This document shows, piece after piece, positions 42,086-53,271 of a stretch of DNA of 64,000 bases. Where the stretch lies: positions 12,028,001 through 12,092,000 of the forward strand of contig OX597828.1 of assembly GCA_951406725.2 (NCBI GenBank), written 5' to 3'. Position 1 is the stretch's first letter; each line of letters opens with the position of its first letter. The stretch is from Octopus vulgaris (Eukaryota). The notes under the pieces were generated by a model, which made no database searches, was not told the origin of the DNA, and worked only from the letters and a program-made list of their open reading frames with translations. The translations under genes were made by a program, and so were the position numbers.

Positions 42086-42897
42086 AAAAAAAAGAAAAAA
42101 AGAAGATCCATTATGTCAGGTATGTCCTACCCACACCACCTCAAGATACAGGCAACCTTATATTGCTCTACCCGGTCATTTCCATTCTGAAGGAATTATA
42201 AATCAATCCATGACGGTGGGAAACCATACCTTAATTGGATTTTGAATGTAAATTTGATGATTTGGATTACACTAGATAACAACACCGGTATTTTTTATTT
42301 CAGTTATGTCCCTTAACATCATTGTTCAGTTGACTCAACAAAACAATTGAAGCGAAATTATGATTTCTAATTTTTGGTCAAAGCCACCAACTTCGGAGAT
42401 AGATGCCAGAGATTTTATCGACTGTAATAGATAACAGCAAAGACTAATGTAAAACTTCAGTTATAAGATAGTGGCGGTGTCATCGTTTCTATCAAAGATT
42501 ATCCTTGAAAACAAATAACTGATCCAAACGACGAAGGTAACTGAGAATCGATCATGTTGAACAGACACAAAATGGAAAAACTAAGAGTGATCTAAAACTA
42601 ATAATCGAGATGAGAACGTCACTCCTTACTCCAAGGTGAACACCTCGAAAGAAACGTGAATTACATACTTTTGAATCAGGACGCTATAGTCCATAATTAC
42701 ACGAAGACAAAAAATACAATAAAAACACAAATTTTTAAATATATATATATATGTAAACAAAATAACTCTATTTAATTGAACAATGCAATCACTAGAGCAA
42801 CTTAAAATGCAGAGCACACCTCAGCTGCACAAAGACATAGAATTTTATTATTATTATTATTTTGAAATTGACATTTTTGCACACACATATTTACAAA

Positions 42898-44766
42898 ATG
42901 GCTTTGAAACGAGCTGCTGGCTCTTCCCTCCTTCTTGCAACACCCCCTCCACAAGAACAAAAAAAAATAACGTCACGGGTTACGTACAACCCATTTCAAG
43001 CCGTAAAAGGCAACAAAGATCCTCCTTCCGAACCGGAGAGCACGCGCTCGGTTCAAAAGGAGAATGCATGCCAGGACGTCGCGTTCGACGTCACTCTTGA
43101 TTTCCCCCCTCTGCCTTCAACAAGTGATGCTGTCCCGAAGGGGGAGGTAAAGAAACTTATAACAGACACAGACACAGACAAGAACCAACAAAAAACTGTA
43201 AAAGCTTCTAACGATTTTGCTTCTGCTGCGAAGCAAATTTCGGAAGATGTAGAAATTACAATGGAGGACATAAAAATGGCACAAGATTTGTTGAGAAAGG
43301 AGGGGAACAGTGTTTTCCTCAACACACCTCAACAACTCACACAAGAGACAAACAAAAGAACAATCTTTTATAAAGTCTTCGAAAAGAAAACTAAAAGATT
43401 GTTTAACGCCACACCACAACAGTTGGAGATGGCTCTGAAGCCCATTTGGGGCCAGAAGAGCTATGTGACAAGAGGGAAGCGATTTGGAACCGTGGAGGTT
43501 CGCTTCCCAACAGAGGAGCTTGCAAGGGCGAACGCCATTTCGCCCTTGCAAAATGAACATTTGTTCCTCGTCCCGACGTACCTTGGGCGTAAGGTACAAA
43601 AAATAACTATAAGCACAATACCCCCCGAACAGAAAATCTCATGGCTAGTGGCGGCTGTCCTCTATGGCATAGAGGACACTGCCACTATTCTGAATGTTCG
43701 GAGGGTACGAGAAAAGAACTGGTCAGGCATGGGTATTCAACTGCTGGTACAGATCCAGCAGGAAAACATCAATGCCATACCTGACTTTGTCATCTTGCTG
43801 GATGGGACCAGGCTAAATGTTATTGTAGAGGGGCGAAAGCCAAAATGTTTCCTCTGCAGTAGCGAAAGCCACCTAAAAAGGGACTGCCCCATTCAAAAAA
43901 AGAGAATGGAGGAGTATAGCAAGAGGCAGCAGCAACAACAACAACAACAACAACAACAACACAAGCAACAACAACAGAAACAACAAAAACAGCAAGAAAA
44001 ACCAAAGGCTGCCACACCACCAACACCATCACCAACACCAGCACCAAGACGAACAACACCACCTCCAACAACAACAACCACCACCAAACCAACACCGACA
44101 ACCACCACCAAACCAACACCGACACCAGTACCTCGAAGGTCGACAGCAGCGACATCAACAGTAACAGGAGCAGCGGCACCACCGATACCGGTGGAACCAG
44201 AAACTTTTCGTCCTGCTACTGAAGCAGACCCCTCAACCATTCCTTTGCCGGATGAAGAGTCGGATTGTGCGAGCTCTGATTCCAACAAAGGAGAATGGAG
44301 TATAGTGCCTCCAAAGAAGAAAAGGAGGAAGAAACAAAAAGATTTACAGGGGAAGCACGAACAAATAGTGCTTCCCAACATCAACAACAACAACAACAAC
44401 AACACACACTCACAACAACAAACAACAACAACACTTTCGACACCACTACTGCCACTGCCACACACACAAACACACACAGACACAATTACATCAATAAACA
44501 CAAAGAACCAAAAACTAGTGGAGTACTTAAAAAACAAAACTAGTACAAATATAACCGATTTCATCATACCAACACAAAACACACCACCAGCACACATTCT
44601 CACAATAAAAATAAATGCAAAAACATATGATGAAATCAAACAAATATTCCCTAACGATGTGGGATCGCTAGGGAAAAGTTTCTCGAAGAAACTTTATAAA
44701 AACATTGTGGAAGCACCCGTGCAAAAGCACAAGGGAGCCACCCCCACCACCAACAACAGTAAGTAG
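42898..44766 (+). CDS. LINE ORF1 (gag-like nucleic-acid-binding protein), 622 aa from first ATG
   Basis: Uninterrupted ORF with CCHC knuckle CFLCSSESHLKRDC, upstream RRM-like region, polyQ, Pro/Thr-rich tract and basic PPKKKRRKK. Confidence 0.88.
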   Translation: MALKRAAGSSLLLATPPPQEQKKITSRVTYNPFQAVKGNKDPPSEPESTRSVQKENACQDVAFDVTLDFPPLPSTSDAVPKGEVKKLITDTDTDKNQQKTVKASNDFASAAKQISEDVEITMEDIKMAQDLLRKEGNSVFLNTPQQLTQETNKRTIFYKVFEKKTKRLFNATPQQLEMALKPIWGQKSYVTRGKRFGTVEVRFPTEELARANAISPLQNEHLFLVPTYLGRKVQKITISTIPPEQKISWLVAAVLYGIEDTATILNVRRVREKNWSGMGIQLLVQIQQENINAIPDFVILLDGTRLNVIVEGRKPKCFLCSSESHLKRDCPIQKKRMEEYSKRQQQQQQQQQQQHKQQQQKQQKQQEKPKAATPPTPSPTPAPRRTTPPPTTTTTTKPTPTTTTKPTPTPVPRRSTAATSTVTGAAAPPIPVEPETFRPATEADPSTIPLPDEESDCASSDSNKGEWSIVPPKKKRRKKQKDLQGKHEQIVLPNINNNNNNNTHSQQQTTTTLSTPLLPLPHTQTHTDTITSINTKNQKLVEYLKNKTSTNITDFIIPTQNTPPAHILTIKINAKTYDEIKQIFPNDVGSLGKSFSKKLYKNIVEAPVQKHKGATPTTNNSK

Positions 44767-44804
44767 AGCCTTTTTTCTCCTTTTTTTTTCCCCTACTTTG
44801 AGAC

Positions 44805-47042
44805 ATGGCAAATCTTAGAATCGGTTGCTTGAATGTGAGAGGCCTCGGGTCACCTTGGAAACAGGGTCACCTGTTAAACGACCTGAGGTTTCATGATGTG
44901 GATGTAGCAGCCATCAGTGAAACCAGGCTCTCCGACCCGCAGGAACTCGCAGCCCTTTTCGGCGGATACGAGATATTTCTATCTCCGTGTCGGCCGGGAG
45001 CGGGCGGTGGTGGTACTGCGGTGTTGTTTCGGAAGGGCCTGGACCTGAAAATAAGGACAGTCTTCTTGGATCCGGAAGGTAAGTTGGTGGTCCTCGACGT
45101 CGACGGTAGTGACGGCGGTGCTTTCAGACTGCTGGCTGCCTACGCTCCGACAGGAGCAGGGCAGTCGGATTATTTCAAACGTCTGGAAGTTTTCCTGGGA
45201 ACGTCACGCACTCTAGTGCTAGTTGGGGATTGGAACGCTGTCTTAGACGAACGTTTCGATCGGGTGGGCAGGGGAGCGTCTGATAGGAGAGGGGGAGGGT
45301 GCAAGAGCCTCGCCAACCTACTCGGCCGCTTTCAGCTGTCCGACAGGTTTCGACTAGACAACCCGAATGTGCCAATGTGGACTTGGACAAACCGCATCGG
45401 GTCGTCTAGATCGTACTTAGATAGAGTGTTTTGTAGGCCAGCGGATAAGGACAGCGTAGGGTGTCCACAATTCCACCTAGTCGAATATACGGACCACAAA
45501 TTAGTGATCTGTACGGTCGACTTAGATAGGCTACATAGACAGGGACCCGGCTACTGGAAGCTGAACGCGTCGTTAACGGCGTGCAAAGCTTACAGAGACC
45601 GGATTAGTTTACAAGTTAAGCGGGCGCTCACGGGGGCAATCATCAACAACAACTGGTGGTTTGCCCTCAAGAGAGCAATTAGAGTAGAGTCGATTAGGTA
45701 TAGTAAGACTCTAGCTATTGAACGTAGGAAGAGAGAGCGGGATTTAGTTAAGAAACTAGACGAGGCTCTTGACACTGGCATCGCGACCGACGTGTTGGCG
45801 GCAAGGTTGGCCCTCGACCAACACTTAGACGCCAAACACGAGGGCTGCGTTGTCAGAGCTAAGGCACGCTCGCTAAGCGGGGAGGGGACTAGAGCCGCTC
45901 GATGGGCCCGCGTGGCGGAGGCGAAGCGAGGCAACAGAGCAACCATTCGGTCTTTGGTGGACCAGAACGGGCGCGAGGTTACCCAACCGAAGCAGATGTG
46001 TACGGTGCTTCAGCGGCACTTTGCTCAACTGTTTGGGACGAGCGGTGGAACGGACACCAACGGTACAGACTTCGGTGTGTACCTGGACGGACTGCCGCAA
46101 CTCTCGGACAGCGAGGCAGAGTGCTGCGAAGGACCGATATCTGCCTGGGAAGTACAGGAAGCGATGAAGAGTTGCACGAGAGGTAGATCGCCGGGTTTGG
46201 ATGGTCTGCCCTACGAGCTTTACTTTTCAATGCCAGACTTGTTTGCGGACCTGTTGGCAAACGTCTACTGCAACTGGCAGCAAAACGGGAGAATTCCTGC
46301 TTTTGTCTGTCGAGGGGTGGTGGCTTTGCTAAAGAAGGACCCAAACAAGGGGGACGTTATAGGGAATTTCCGGCCCATCACTCTGCTCAATGCAGAGTTG
46401 AAGATTTTGGCCAAGGTGCTAGCCAAGAGATTGGCGCTTGTCGTGGACGAGCTGGTCGGCAAGACGCAGACATGCGCCGTGCCGACCAGGTCGATACACG
46501 ACAACCTCCATCTCATGCGCTACATCATAGAGAGGGTGGGTAACGACGCTGGCGCGGGTGGGGCTTTGATCAACTTGGATCAGAGTAAAGCCTTCGATAG
46601 GGTCGACCATCGGTACCTGGCAGCTGTCCTCAGGGCAGCCGGCTTCGGTCCAGTCTTCCGCGGGTGGATCGCTGCTTTATACAGCAACATCTGCTCGGTG
46701 ATACGGGTGAACGGTCACCTTTCGGAACCGTTCGACATCTCGCGTTCGGTCCGCCAAGGATGCCCTCTCTCCTCCCTCTTGTACATTTTGACTCTCGAGC
46801 CATTACTGCGCAAGTTGGAGGCTTTGAGGGGTATCCCGCGCGATCTAGGAGGCGGAAACAGCGTGTCTGCCTATGCCGACGACGTCACCGTGGTGGTGTC
46901 GAGCCACAGGCACATTGGCCTGATTGGCGAGACGCTAAACCAGTACGAAGCGGTGACAGGAGCAAAGATTAACGCGGAAAAACCGTGGGCTTGCAACTGG
47001 GCACCTGGAGAGGCAAGCCCATGCCGTCCAACAGCGTCGTAG
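44805..47042 (+). CDS. LINE ORF2 N-terminal part: APE endonuclease and reverse transcriptase
   Basis: LNVRGL, ISET, YAP, GDWN, SYLDR, TDH (APE), GYWKLN, SPGLDGL, FRPITLLN..KILAK, LDQSKAFDRVDH, SVRQGCPLS, AYADD. Frameshift at ~46978-46984. Confidence 0.95.
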   Translation: MANLRIGCLNVRGLGSPWKQGHLLNDLRFHDVDVAAISETRLSDPQELAALFGGYEIFLSPCRPGAGGGGTAVLFRKGLDLKIRTVFLDPEGKLVVLDVDGSDGGAFRLLAAYAPTGAGQSDYFKRLEVFLGTSRTLVLVGDWNAVLDERFDRVGRGASDRRGGGCKSLANLLGRFQLSDRFRLDNPNVPMWTWTNRIGSSRSYLDRVFCRPADKDSVGCPQFHLVEYTDHKLVICTVDLDRLHRQGPGYWKLNASLTACKAYRDRISLQVKRALTGAIINNNWWFALKRAIRVESIRYSKTLAIERRKRERDLVKKLDEALDTGIATDVLAARLALDQHLDAKHEGCVVRAKARSLSGEGTRAARWARVAEAKRGNRATIRSLVDQNGREVTQPKQMCTVLQRHFAQLFGTSGGTDTNGTDFGVYLDGLPQLSDSEAECCEGPISAWEVQEAMKSCTRGRSPGLDGLPYELYFSMPDLFADLLANVYCNWQQNGRIPAFVCRGVVALLKKDPNKGDVIGNFRPITLLNAELKILAKVLAKRLALVVDELVGKTQTCAVPTRSIHDNLHLMRYIIERVGNDAGAGGALINLDQSKAFDRVDHRYLAAVLRAAGFGPVFRGWIAALYSNICSVIRVNGHLSEPFDISRSVRQGCPLSSLLYILTLEPLLRKLEALRGIPRDLGGGNSVSAYADDVTVVVSSHRHIGLIGETLNQYEAVTGAKINAEKPWACNWAPGEASPCRPTAS

Positions 47043-48238
47043 GGCGCTGGACAGACGGACCCGTTAAACTGCTCGGGGTCTGGTTCGGTCCGGACCTCCA
47101 GGTGGATAAGAACTGGGAAGAGGTGACGAGCAGGGTGGCACGTCTCACCCAGAAATGGGCCGAGAGGAAGCTGTCCCTGAAAGGTCGAGCGGAGGTGGCG
47201 AATGCGTACATCGCATCCGTCATCTATTACCGCTTGACCGTCGTCCCTTGTCCCGACCGCTGGTTGGCCAAGCTGGTACGTCTGCTCTTCGACTTTTTGT
47301 GGAAGGGTCAGGTGCCACTGGTCAGGCGATCCATCTGCTGTCAACGACCGCTGAACGGAGGCCTTGGAATGCCGTGGTTGCTGTTGCGCAGACATGCGCT
47401 CAGGCTGCGGCATCTCAAGCGCTTCCTAGACGGTGAACAGGTGTGGTCGTCTTTTGTCAGACGCGATTTTCCGCAGCTCGTCTCTTTGACGGAGCTGCAG
47501 ACCTGGATCAAACGTAGACCGAGAAAGGGCGCTTGGCACCTCGAGTGCCGTCAAGCCCTCTCCGCCCTCCACCAGGCGGGCAATGCGGTCGGTTACAGCT
47601 CCACTCTAGCGTTCTATAGAGGGTTAGTGGAGGAAAAATGCGACGACGTTCTCGGGGAAACTCTAGGCGTTGAAGACGACGAACTGAGCGGTCTGTTCGG
47701 GAGGACTTTCGGGCCGGGGCCGATGGATAATTTCCAGAGGTCTCTCGCCTGGCAGTGCTACCGAGGGGCTCTGCCTGTTCGAGATAAACTCTACCGGCAC
47801 GGAAGTGCCGTCAGCCGGGCCTGCCCGAGGTGTTGCCAGGACGACGAAACCGTTCTGCACGCACTCGTCCAGTGCCCGAGTATTGCTGAAATATGGGTTT
47901 ATGTCGAACAGCTACTGTCACGTGTAGGACGGATCCGACTATCGGCCGAATCCATAGTGAAGATTGCCCCGCCGACCTCCTTTAACAAGGAGGGCGAGGC
48001 CGTTTTCTTGTGCCTAGTGGCTGTGGCGAAAGAGGTGGTGTGGTGGACTCGTTTGAAAGGTCTAAAGACAGACACTTTCCTCTTTGGTCAAGGCCTCATC
48101 AACTTTTTCAAGTTTCACTTGAAAAGGAAGATGAGGTTAGAGAGGAAAGTGCTGTCCGATAGCAAGTTTTATGAAAGGTGGGTGAATTGTGCGAGACTGG
48201 CCTGTATAAATGGACCAGTTCTCAGGTTTCGCCTGTGA
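46985..48238 (+). CDS. LINE ORF2 C-terminal part (thumb and zf-RVT), out of frame by 1 nt
   Basis: KLLGVWF, W..RKLSLKGR, FLW, GGLG, CPRC....ETVLHALVQC. Confidence 0.92.
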   Translation: MGLQLGTWRGKPMPSNSVVGRWTDGPVKLLGVWFGPDLQVDKNWEEVTSRVARLTQKWAERKLSLKGRAEVANAYIASVIYYRLTVVPCPDRWLAKLVRLLFDFLWKGQVPLVRRSICCQRPLNGGLGMPWLLLRRHALRLRHLKRFLDGEQVWSSFVRRDFPQLVSLTELQTWIKRRPRKGAWHLECRQALSALHQAGNAVGYSSTLAFYRGLVEEKCDDVLGETLGVEDDELSGLFGRTFGPGPMDNFQRSLAWQCYRGALPVRDKLYRHGSAVSRACPRCCQDDETVLHALVQCPSIAEIWVYVEQLLSRVGRIRLSAESIVKIAPPTSFNKEGEAVFLCLVAVAKEVVWWTRLKGLKTDTFLFGQGLINFFKFHLKRKMRLERKVLSDSKFYERWVNCARLACINGPVLRFRL

Positions 48239-48546
48239 TTTCAAAGAAAAAGGTAATGTAAAAGGAGAAGAAAGGGGACTCTCTACACCCCCTTTTTTGA
48301 CCAGGCTCCCGTTGGCTTTTGTAGGGTTTTTTCCACCAGGAACCTTTCGAGACGTCTCCCCCTTTTGGGAGTTTTTCATTGTTGAATTTTATAAGTTGTT
48401 ATAAAGATTTTTACTCGATGTTTTTAAAAAACGGCAAAACCCTTTGTAACCTTTCGTCCTGTCTTGTCCCTTTATGTAATCATGCGTGTCAGCCCTTGTG
48501 GCCAATAAAAAAGAATTGATTATTATTATTATTATCATTATTATTA

Positions 48547-49228
48547 CTTTTTTTTTTCTTCTTTAAATTTTCTTCCATTTCTTGCCGAGTGTCTTCCCGA
48601 CTCCTAGGGCAAAGAAACTCATAGTGTATATTGGTAGGCCATTAAACCAAACTCAGTAGTTCGTTCATTTAAACAATTTTTTTTTTTTTTTTTTTTTTTT
48701 TTAGTTAAATTAAAATACATGAGCAGCAAGAGTTCTCACATCGACAATGCTCTTCTCAATACGTATGATGTACCAGTTAAGACAATCTTTTGCACTTCTT
48801 GCAGGGATGGTAAGCCAGGGATCATTCTCATATAATTTTCGGTTCCCTTCTAGATCATTCCTAGTGCTCCTACGATCACTGGTATTGTAACCGCCTTGAG
48901 ATGCCACATTTTCTCAATTTCAATGAGTAGGTCTTTATATTTTCTGAGCTTGTCAAACTCTTTCGCTGAGATATTATGATCACAGGGGATGCTCATGTCG
49001 ATCAATAAGCAAACTTTATTGTTTTGGTCTTTCACAACAATATCTGGTTTATTGGCCTTGATGGTTCGGTCTGTATGTACTGGAAAGTCCCACAGAATGG
49101 TTACATTTTCTCCTTCAGTTACAGCCTCAGGGTGGTGATTATACCACTTGTCGGCAGTTTTGATATTGTAATGCCGACTTATTAGCCAGTGGAGATATTG
49201 GCCAACTCTGTCATGTCTTAATTTATAC
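48547..49228 (-). mobile_element. 5'-truncated R4/Dong-like RLE retrotransposon, copy 1
   Basis: YKLRHDRVGQYLHW...ILWDFPVHTD...NKPDIVV...LIDMSIP......EFDKLRKYKDL...PVIVGALG (RHD plus PD-(D/E)xK nuclease). 3' UTR with A-runs. (TAA)n on both sides. Confidence 0.92.
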
Positions 49229-49229
49229 A

Positions 49230-49281
<52 letters not shown>

Positions 49282-49301
49282 CATTATTATTATTATTATT
49301 A

Positions 49302-49377
<76 letters not shown>

Positions 49378-49424
49378 CATTATTATTATTATTATTATTA
49401 TTATCATTATTATTATTATTATTA

Positions 49425-49492
<68 letters not shown>
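49229..49492. repeat. (TTA)n/(TCA) microsatellite
   Basis: Seen directly. Confidence 0.97.
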
Positions 49493-49495
<3 letters not shown>

Positions 49496-50962
49496 TAGTT
49501 TTATTTTTATAGCGTGCTTTCACTTCACTACCGAGCGCAGCTCTGTGTGCCTTGGGTATGTGCTGTGATTTGTTGTGATGCGCTGATGGTTATTGTATGG
49601 AAAGTGTTCTGCGTAGGATGTGTGCAGTACCTAGTAGTGCAATTTTCTGTATGTTATATGTGTTTGTAAGTCCTGGTGTTTTTGTTATGTATTTGTCTGA
49701 ATATTTTTTTATCATGCCTAATGCACCTACTATGATAGGAATTGTTTCTGTTTTCAGGTTCCACATTCTAGTTACTTCTATTTCCAGGTCTTTGTATTTT
49801 GAGAGTTTCTCCATTTCTTTTAGAGACACGTTGTCATCTGCCGGTATTGATACATCAATTAGAAAGCATTTTTTTCTTCATGATCTCTGACAACTATATC
49901 TGGTCTGTTGGCCTTAATTTCTCTATCTGTGTGTATCGGCATATCCCAGAGTATGGTTGCTTTCTCGTTTTCTGTGACCTTTTCTGGTGTGTGCCTATAC
50001 CATCTTTTTTCTGTTGCTATTCCATAATGTTGGCATAGCTTCCAATGTATGTAGGTTCCAACTCTGTCATGTCTGTGAATATATTCCTTCTTAGCCAGGA
50101 CTGGGCAGCTAGAGATATGATTTATTGTTTCTTGTCCATCTCCACATATTCTGCAGTTACTTGTAATATTTCTTTTCATTACATGTTTTTGGTAATTTCT
50201 GGTGGGGAGGCTTTGGTCTTGTGCTGCAATTAAAAATCCCTCTGTTTCTGCTTTGAGTCCTGAGCTTCTCAACCATTGCTGGGATTTTTCTTTGTCTATT
50301 TCTTTTGCGTTTAGTTTAGTCCAGTATTTACCATGAAGGGGCTTTTCTTGCCATCGTTTTATCATGGCTCGTTGCTGTTCTATTTTTAGTTTGGATTTCA
50401 TTTGTTTTATAGCTTTTGTTGTTTCTTCATCATCTTCTTCTTCTTCTTTGTGTTTATTAGGTGGTATGATTTCTTGTTTGTATTTGTCAGCTTCCTTAAA
50501 TACTGAGAACAGTTTTTTGTTTTGCTCGTGTTTTGCTGCTATCTGGATCAGTTTTCCTTCCTTCTGAAGTAGGTATTTTTGCAGTCCTATGGTGGTTATT
50601 TTATAGTAGTTTTCCAGCTGTATAAGGCCTCTACCACCTTCTATACGTTGTATATATAGTCTTTCTATGTCAGATTTTGGTTGATGCATCCTAGATCCTG
50701 TCAGTATTTTTCTTGTTTTCCTATCTATTTTGGACAGTTCATTTCGTGTCCAGTTAAGGATATTGTAGCTGTAACTTATAACTGGGACAGCTAAAGTGTT
50801 GATACCTATTATCTTGTTTTTAGCATTGAGCTCTGTTTTTAGTATTGATCTAACTCGTCTATAATATTCTTTTTTTATTTTCTCTTTCATTTGTGTGTGT
50901 TGTGTCTTATCTAGTTCATGGATTCCTAAGTATTTGTAAGTTTGGCTTTGGTCTAATTCTTT
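49493..50962 (-). mobile_element. 5'-truncated R4/Dong-like RLE retrotransposon, copy 2 (different family)
   Basis: YKYLG, GGRGL, LHG, AAQDQSL.TRNY, CRICG...ETINHISSC (CCHC), RHD, RPDIVV, KYKDL, IVGALG. One frameshift in an A-run near 49865-49875. Confidence 0.95.
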
Positions 50963-50988
50963 TATTATTATTATTATTATTATTATTA

Positions 50989-51022
<34 letters not shown>

Positions 51023-51069
51023 CATTATTATTATTATTATTATTATCATTATTATTATTATTATTATTA

Positions 51070-51112
<43 letters not shown>

Positions 51113-51240
51113 CATTATTATTATTATTATCATTATTATTATTATTATTATTATTATCAGTATTATTATTATTATCATTATTATTATTATTATTATTATT
51201 ATCATTATTATTATTATTATTATCATTATTATTATTATTA
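50961..51240. repeat. (TTA)n/(TCA) microsatellite
   Basis: Seen directly. Confidence 0.97.
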
Positions 51241-51594
51241 TCGGTGAGCTGGCAGAATCGTTAGCACTTATTTGTGTGTGTGTATGTGTTTGCGTCTGTG
51301 AGTGCGTATGTGTGTATACCTACTTACCTACCTACCTACATACATACATACATACATACATCTTCCATATAATATTCTGTAAGTTGGAAAATACAACTAA
51401 GACAGAATTAATGTCAGAATGGAGAATTTAAAAAAATAATTTGTTTGTGTAACCAATCACACAAGTCTGGACAAGGTTGTTTATGGAAGACCACAGCAGT
51501 CGCCCACGCATACCAGCATCCCCTCTCCACACCGTTATCCAAGGGAAAGGCAAAGGCCGATACAGCTTGGAACCAGTGACGTCGTAACTCATTT

Positions 51595-51862
51595 ATCAAA
51601 GTGCAAGTAGCTGAGCACTCTTTTCAGACATGTGTACCCTTAACGTAGTTTTCGGGGAGATTCAGCGTGACACAGAGGGTGACAAGTTTGGCCCTTTGAA
51701 ATACAAATACAACAGAAACATGAAGAAAGAGTGAGAGAAAGCTGTGGTGAAAGATTAGGGCAGGGTTCACCACAACCTCCTGCCGGAGCCTCGTAGACCT
51801 TCATGTGTTTTCGCTCAATAAACACTCACAATGCCCGGTCTGCGAATCGAAACCGCGATCCT
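51595..51862 (-). mobile_element. SINE family C-related copy
   Basis: Similar to 12790-12960 and to the tail sequences at 22950-23130 and 58310-58450. Confidence 0.65.
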
Positions 51863-52710
51863 ACATTTTTCGTTGTATACATGTTTTTGTTCGTATAACT
51901 GTGACTGGGGTCAATAAAGTTCCTTAGGGATAAAACTATAAATGTATATTCAAGATTTTTTTTGTCTAACTTAAAAACAATAAAACATTTCTGAAGAGCA
52001 ACGTTATAAAATCTATTTACTGATATAGAAACTTTCAAGAAACAAATAACTTATTATAGCGCCTAAATACAAGAACATTTCTTTCTGGTTCTTTCGTTTT
52101 TCTGTTCTTTTTCTATTCGCAATTTTTCTTTGATCTGTTAATTCAAACCAATAGTTTGTTTCATTTGTAATATGCAAATGTTATCACGTAAAGACGGCCA
52201 ACACGATATATGTATATAAATTTTTGATAATTCAGTTGCCTAGAGCAAATGAATTGTGCATAATTCTGTTGAGTTTAATTTTATATGTGCTATTTCAATG
52301 ACACCTCAACAGTCAATTGTTGCAAATATTAGTACATAATATAGTAAGATTGATTGGATCGAAATCAGATCAATCGATTATGAAATGATGTAATAAAAGG
52401 ACTGGTTCACCCTAGTCCTCTTGCTTTTTATATATAAAATTTCTACAGGTATTTGTGGCTTTTGAGTTATGTGTTTCATAAGACAATCTCCTGATTAATG
52501 TCTTGCCTGATAGTCCTGTACCTATTGATGAGTACATACAATGCGACGATCACACTTTACACACCTTACTTCCAAGCACTATTATAAACAGCGGAAGTAC
52601 AGAGCTGGCCAAAAGTCACCCGACAATAAATCAAAATTCCAGAAATCCTATCTGTAATTCTGTATCGACTCAAATGGAAAAAAGTGCCGCTCAATATACA
52701 TACACACACA

Positions 52711-52745
<35 letters not shown>

Positions 52746-53003
52746 GAAATATGTTACGAAAAGAAAATATAAAATACACGTGGAAATGTATGAAAAATCA
52801 ACGAAAATGCATATTGCAGATAGAAAAAGGCTATTTATGACAGGTAGTGACAAATATATACATTTAGATTGACTGAGGTGGTAATACGATTCATAAAGAT
52901 CATTATTATGAGATGATTATAAGATGATAATAATAATAAAGTAAGAGAACAAAACGAACCACTTGGTTTACGCGTAGGCTATTCATCGTTTGAACAACAC
53001 CGG

Positions 53004-53080
<77 letters not shown>

Positions 53081-53168
53081 ATACATATATATACACACAC
53101 ATATATATATAATTTATATATATACATATATATATAATTATGTATATATATACATACATACATATAAT

Positions 53169-53268
<100 letters not shown>

Positions 53269-53271
53269 TAT

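Larger units (their letters stand above)
42861..48515 (+). mobile_element. Near full-length L1/Tx1-clade non-LTR retrotransposon
   Basis: ORF1, 38-nt spacer, ORF2 (APE-RT-Zn), 3' UTR with aataaa. Flanked both sides by ttattattattattat. ORF2 is much more GC-rich than the surroundings. Confidence 0.95.

Noticed and set aside
43053-47860. Antisense and alternate-frame ORFs overlapping the LINE
   Set aside because: Expected shadows of GC-rich or repetitive coding sequence, with no motifs.
48850-51264. CRISPR-like or prokaryotic system suggested by repeat-spacer alternation
   Set aside because: The repeats are simple trinucleotides and the spacers are retrotransposon fragments. No cas or operon-like genes anywhere in the window.
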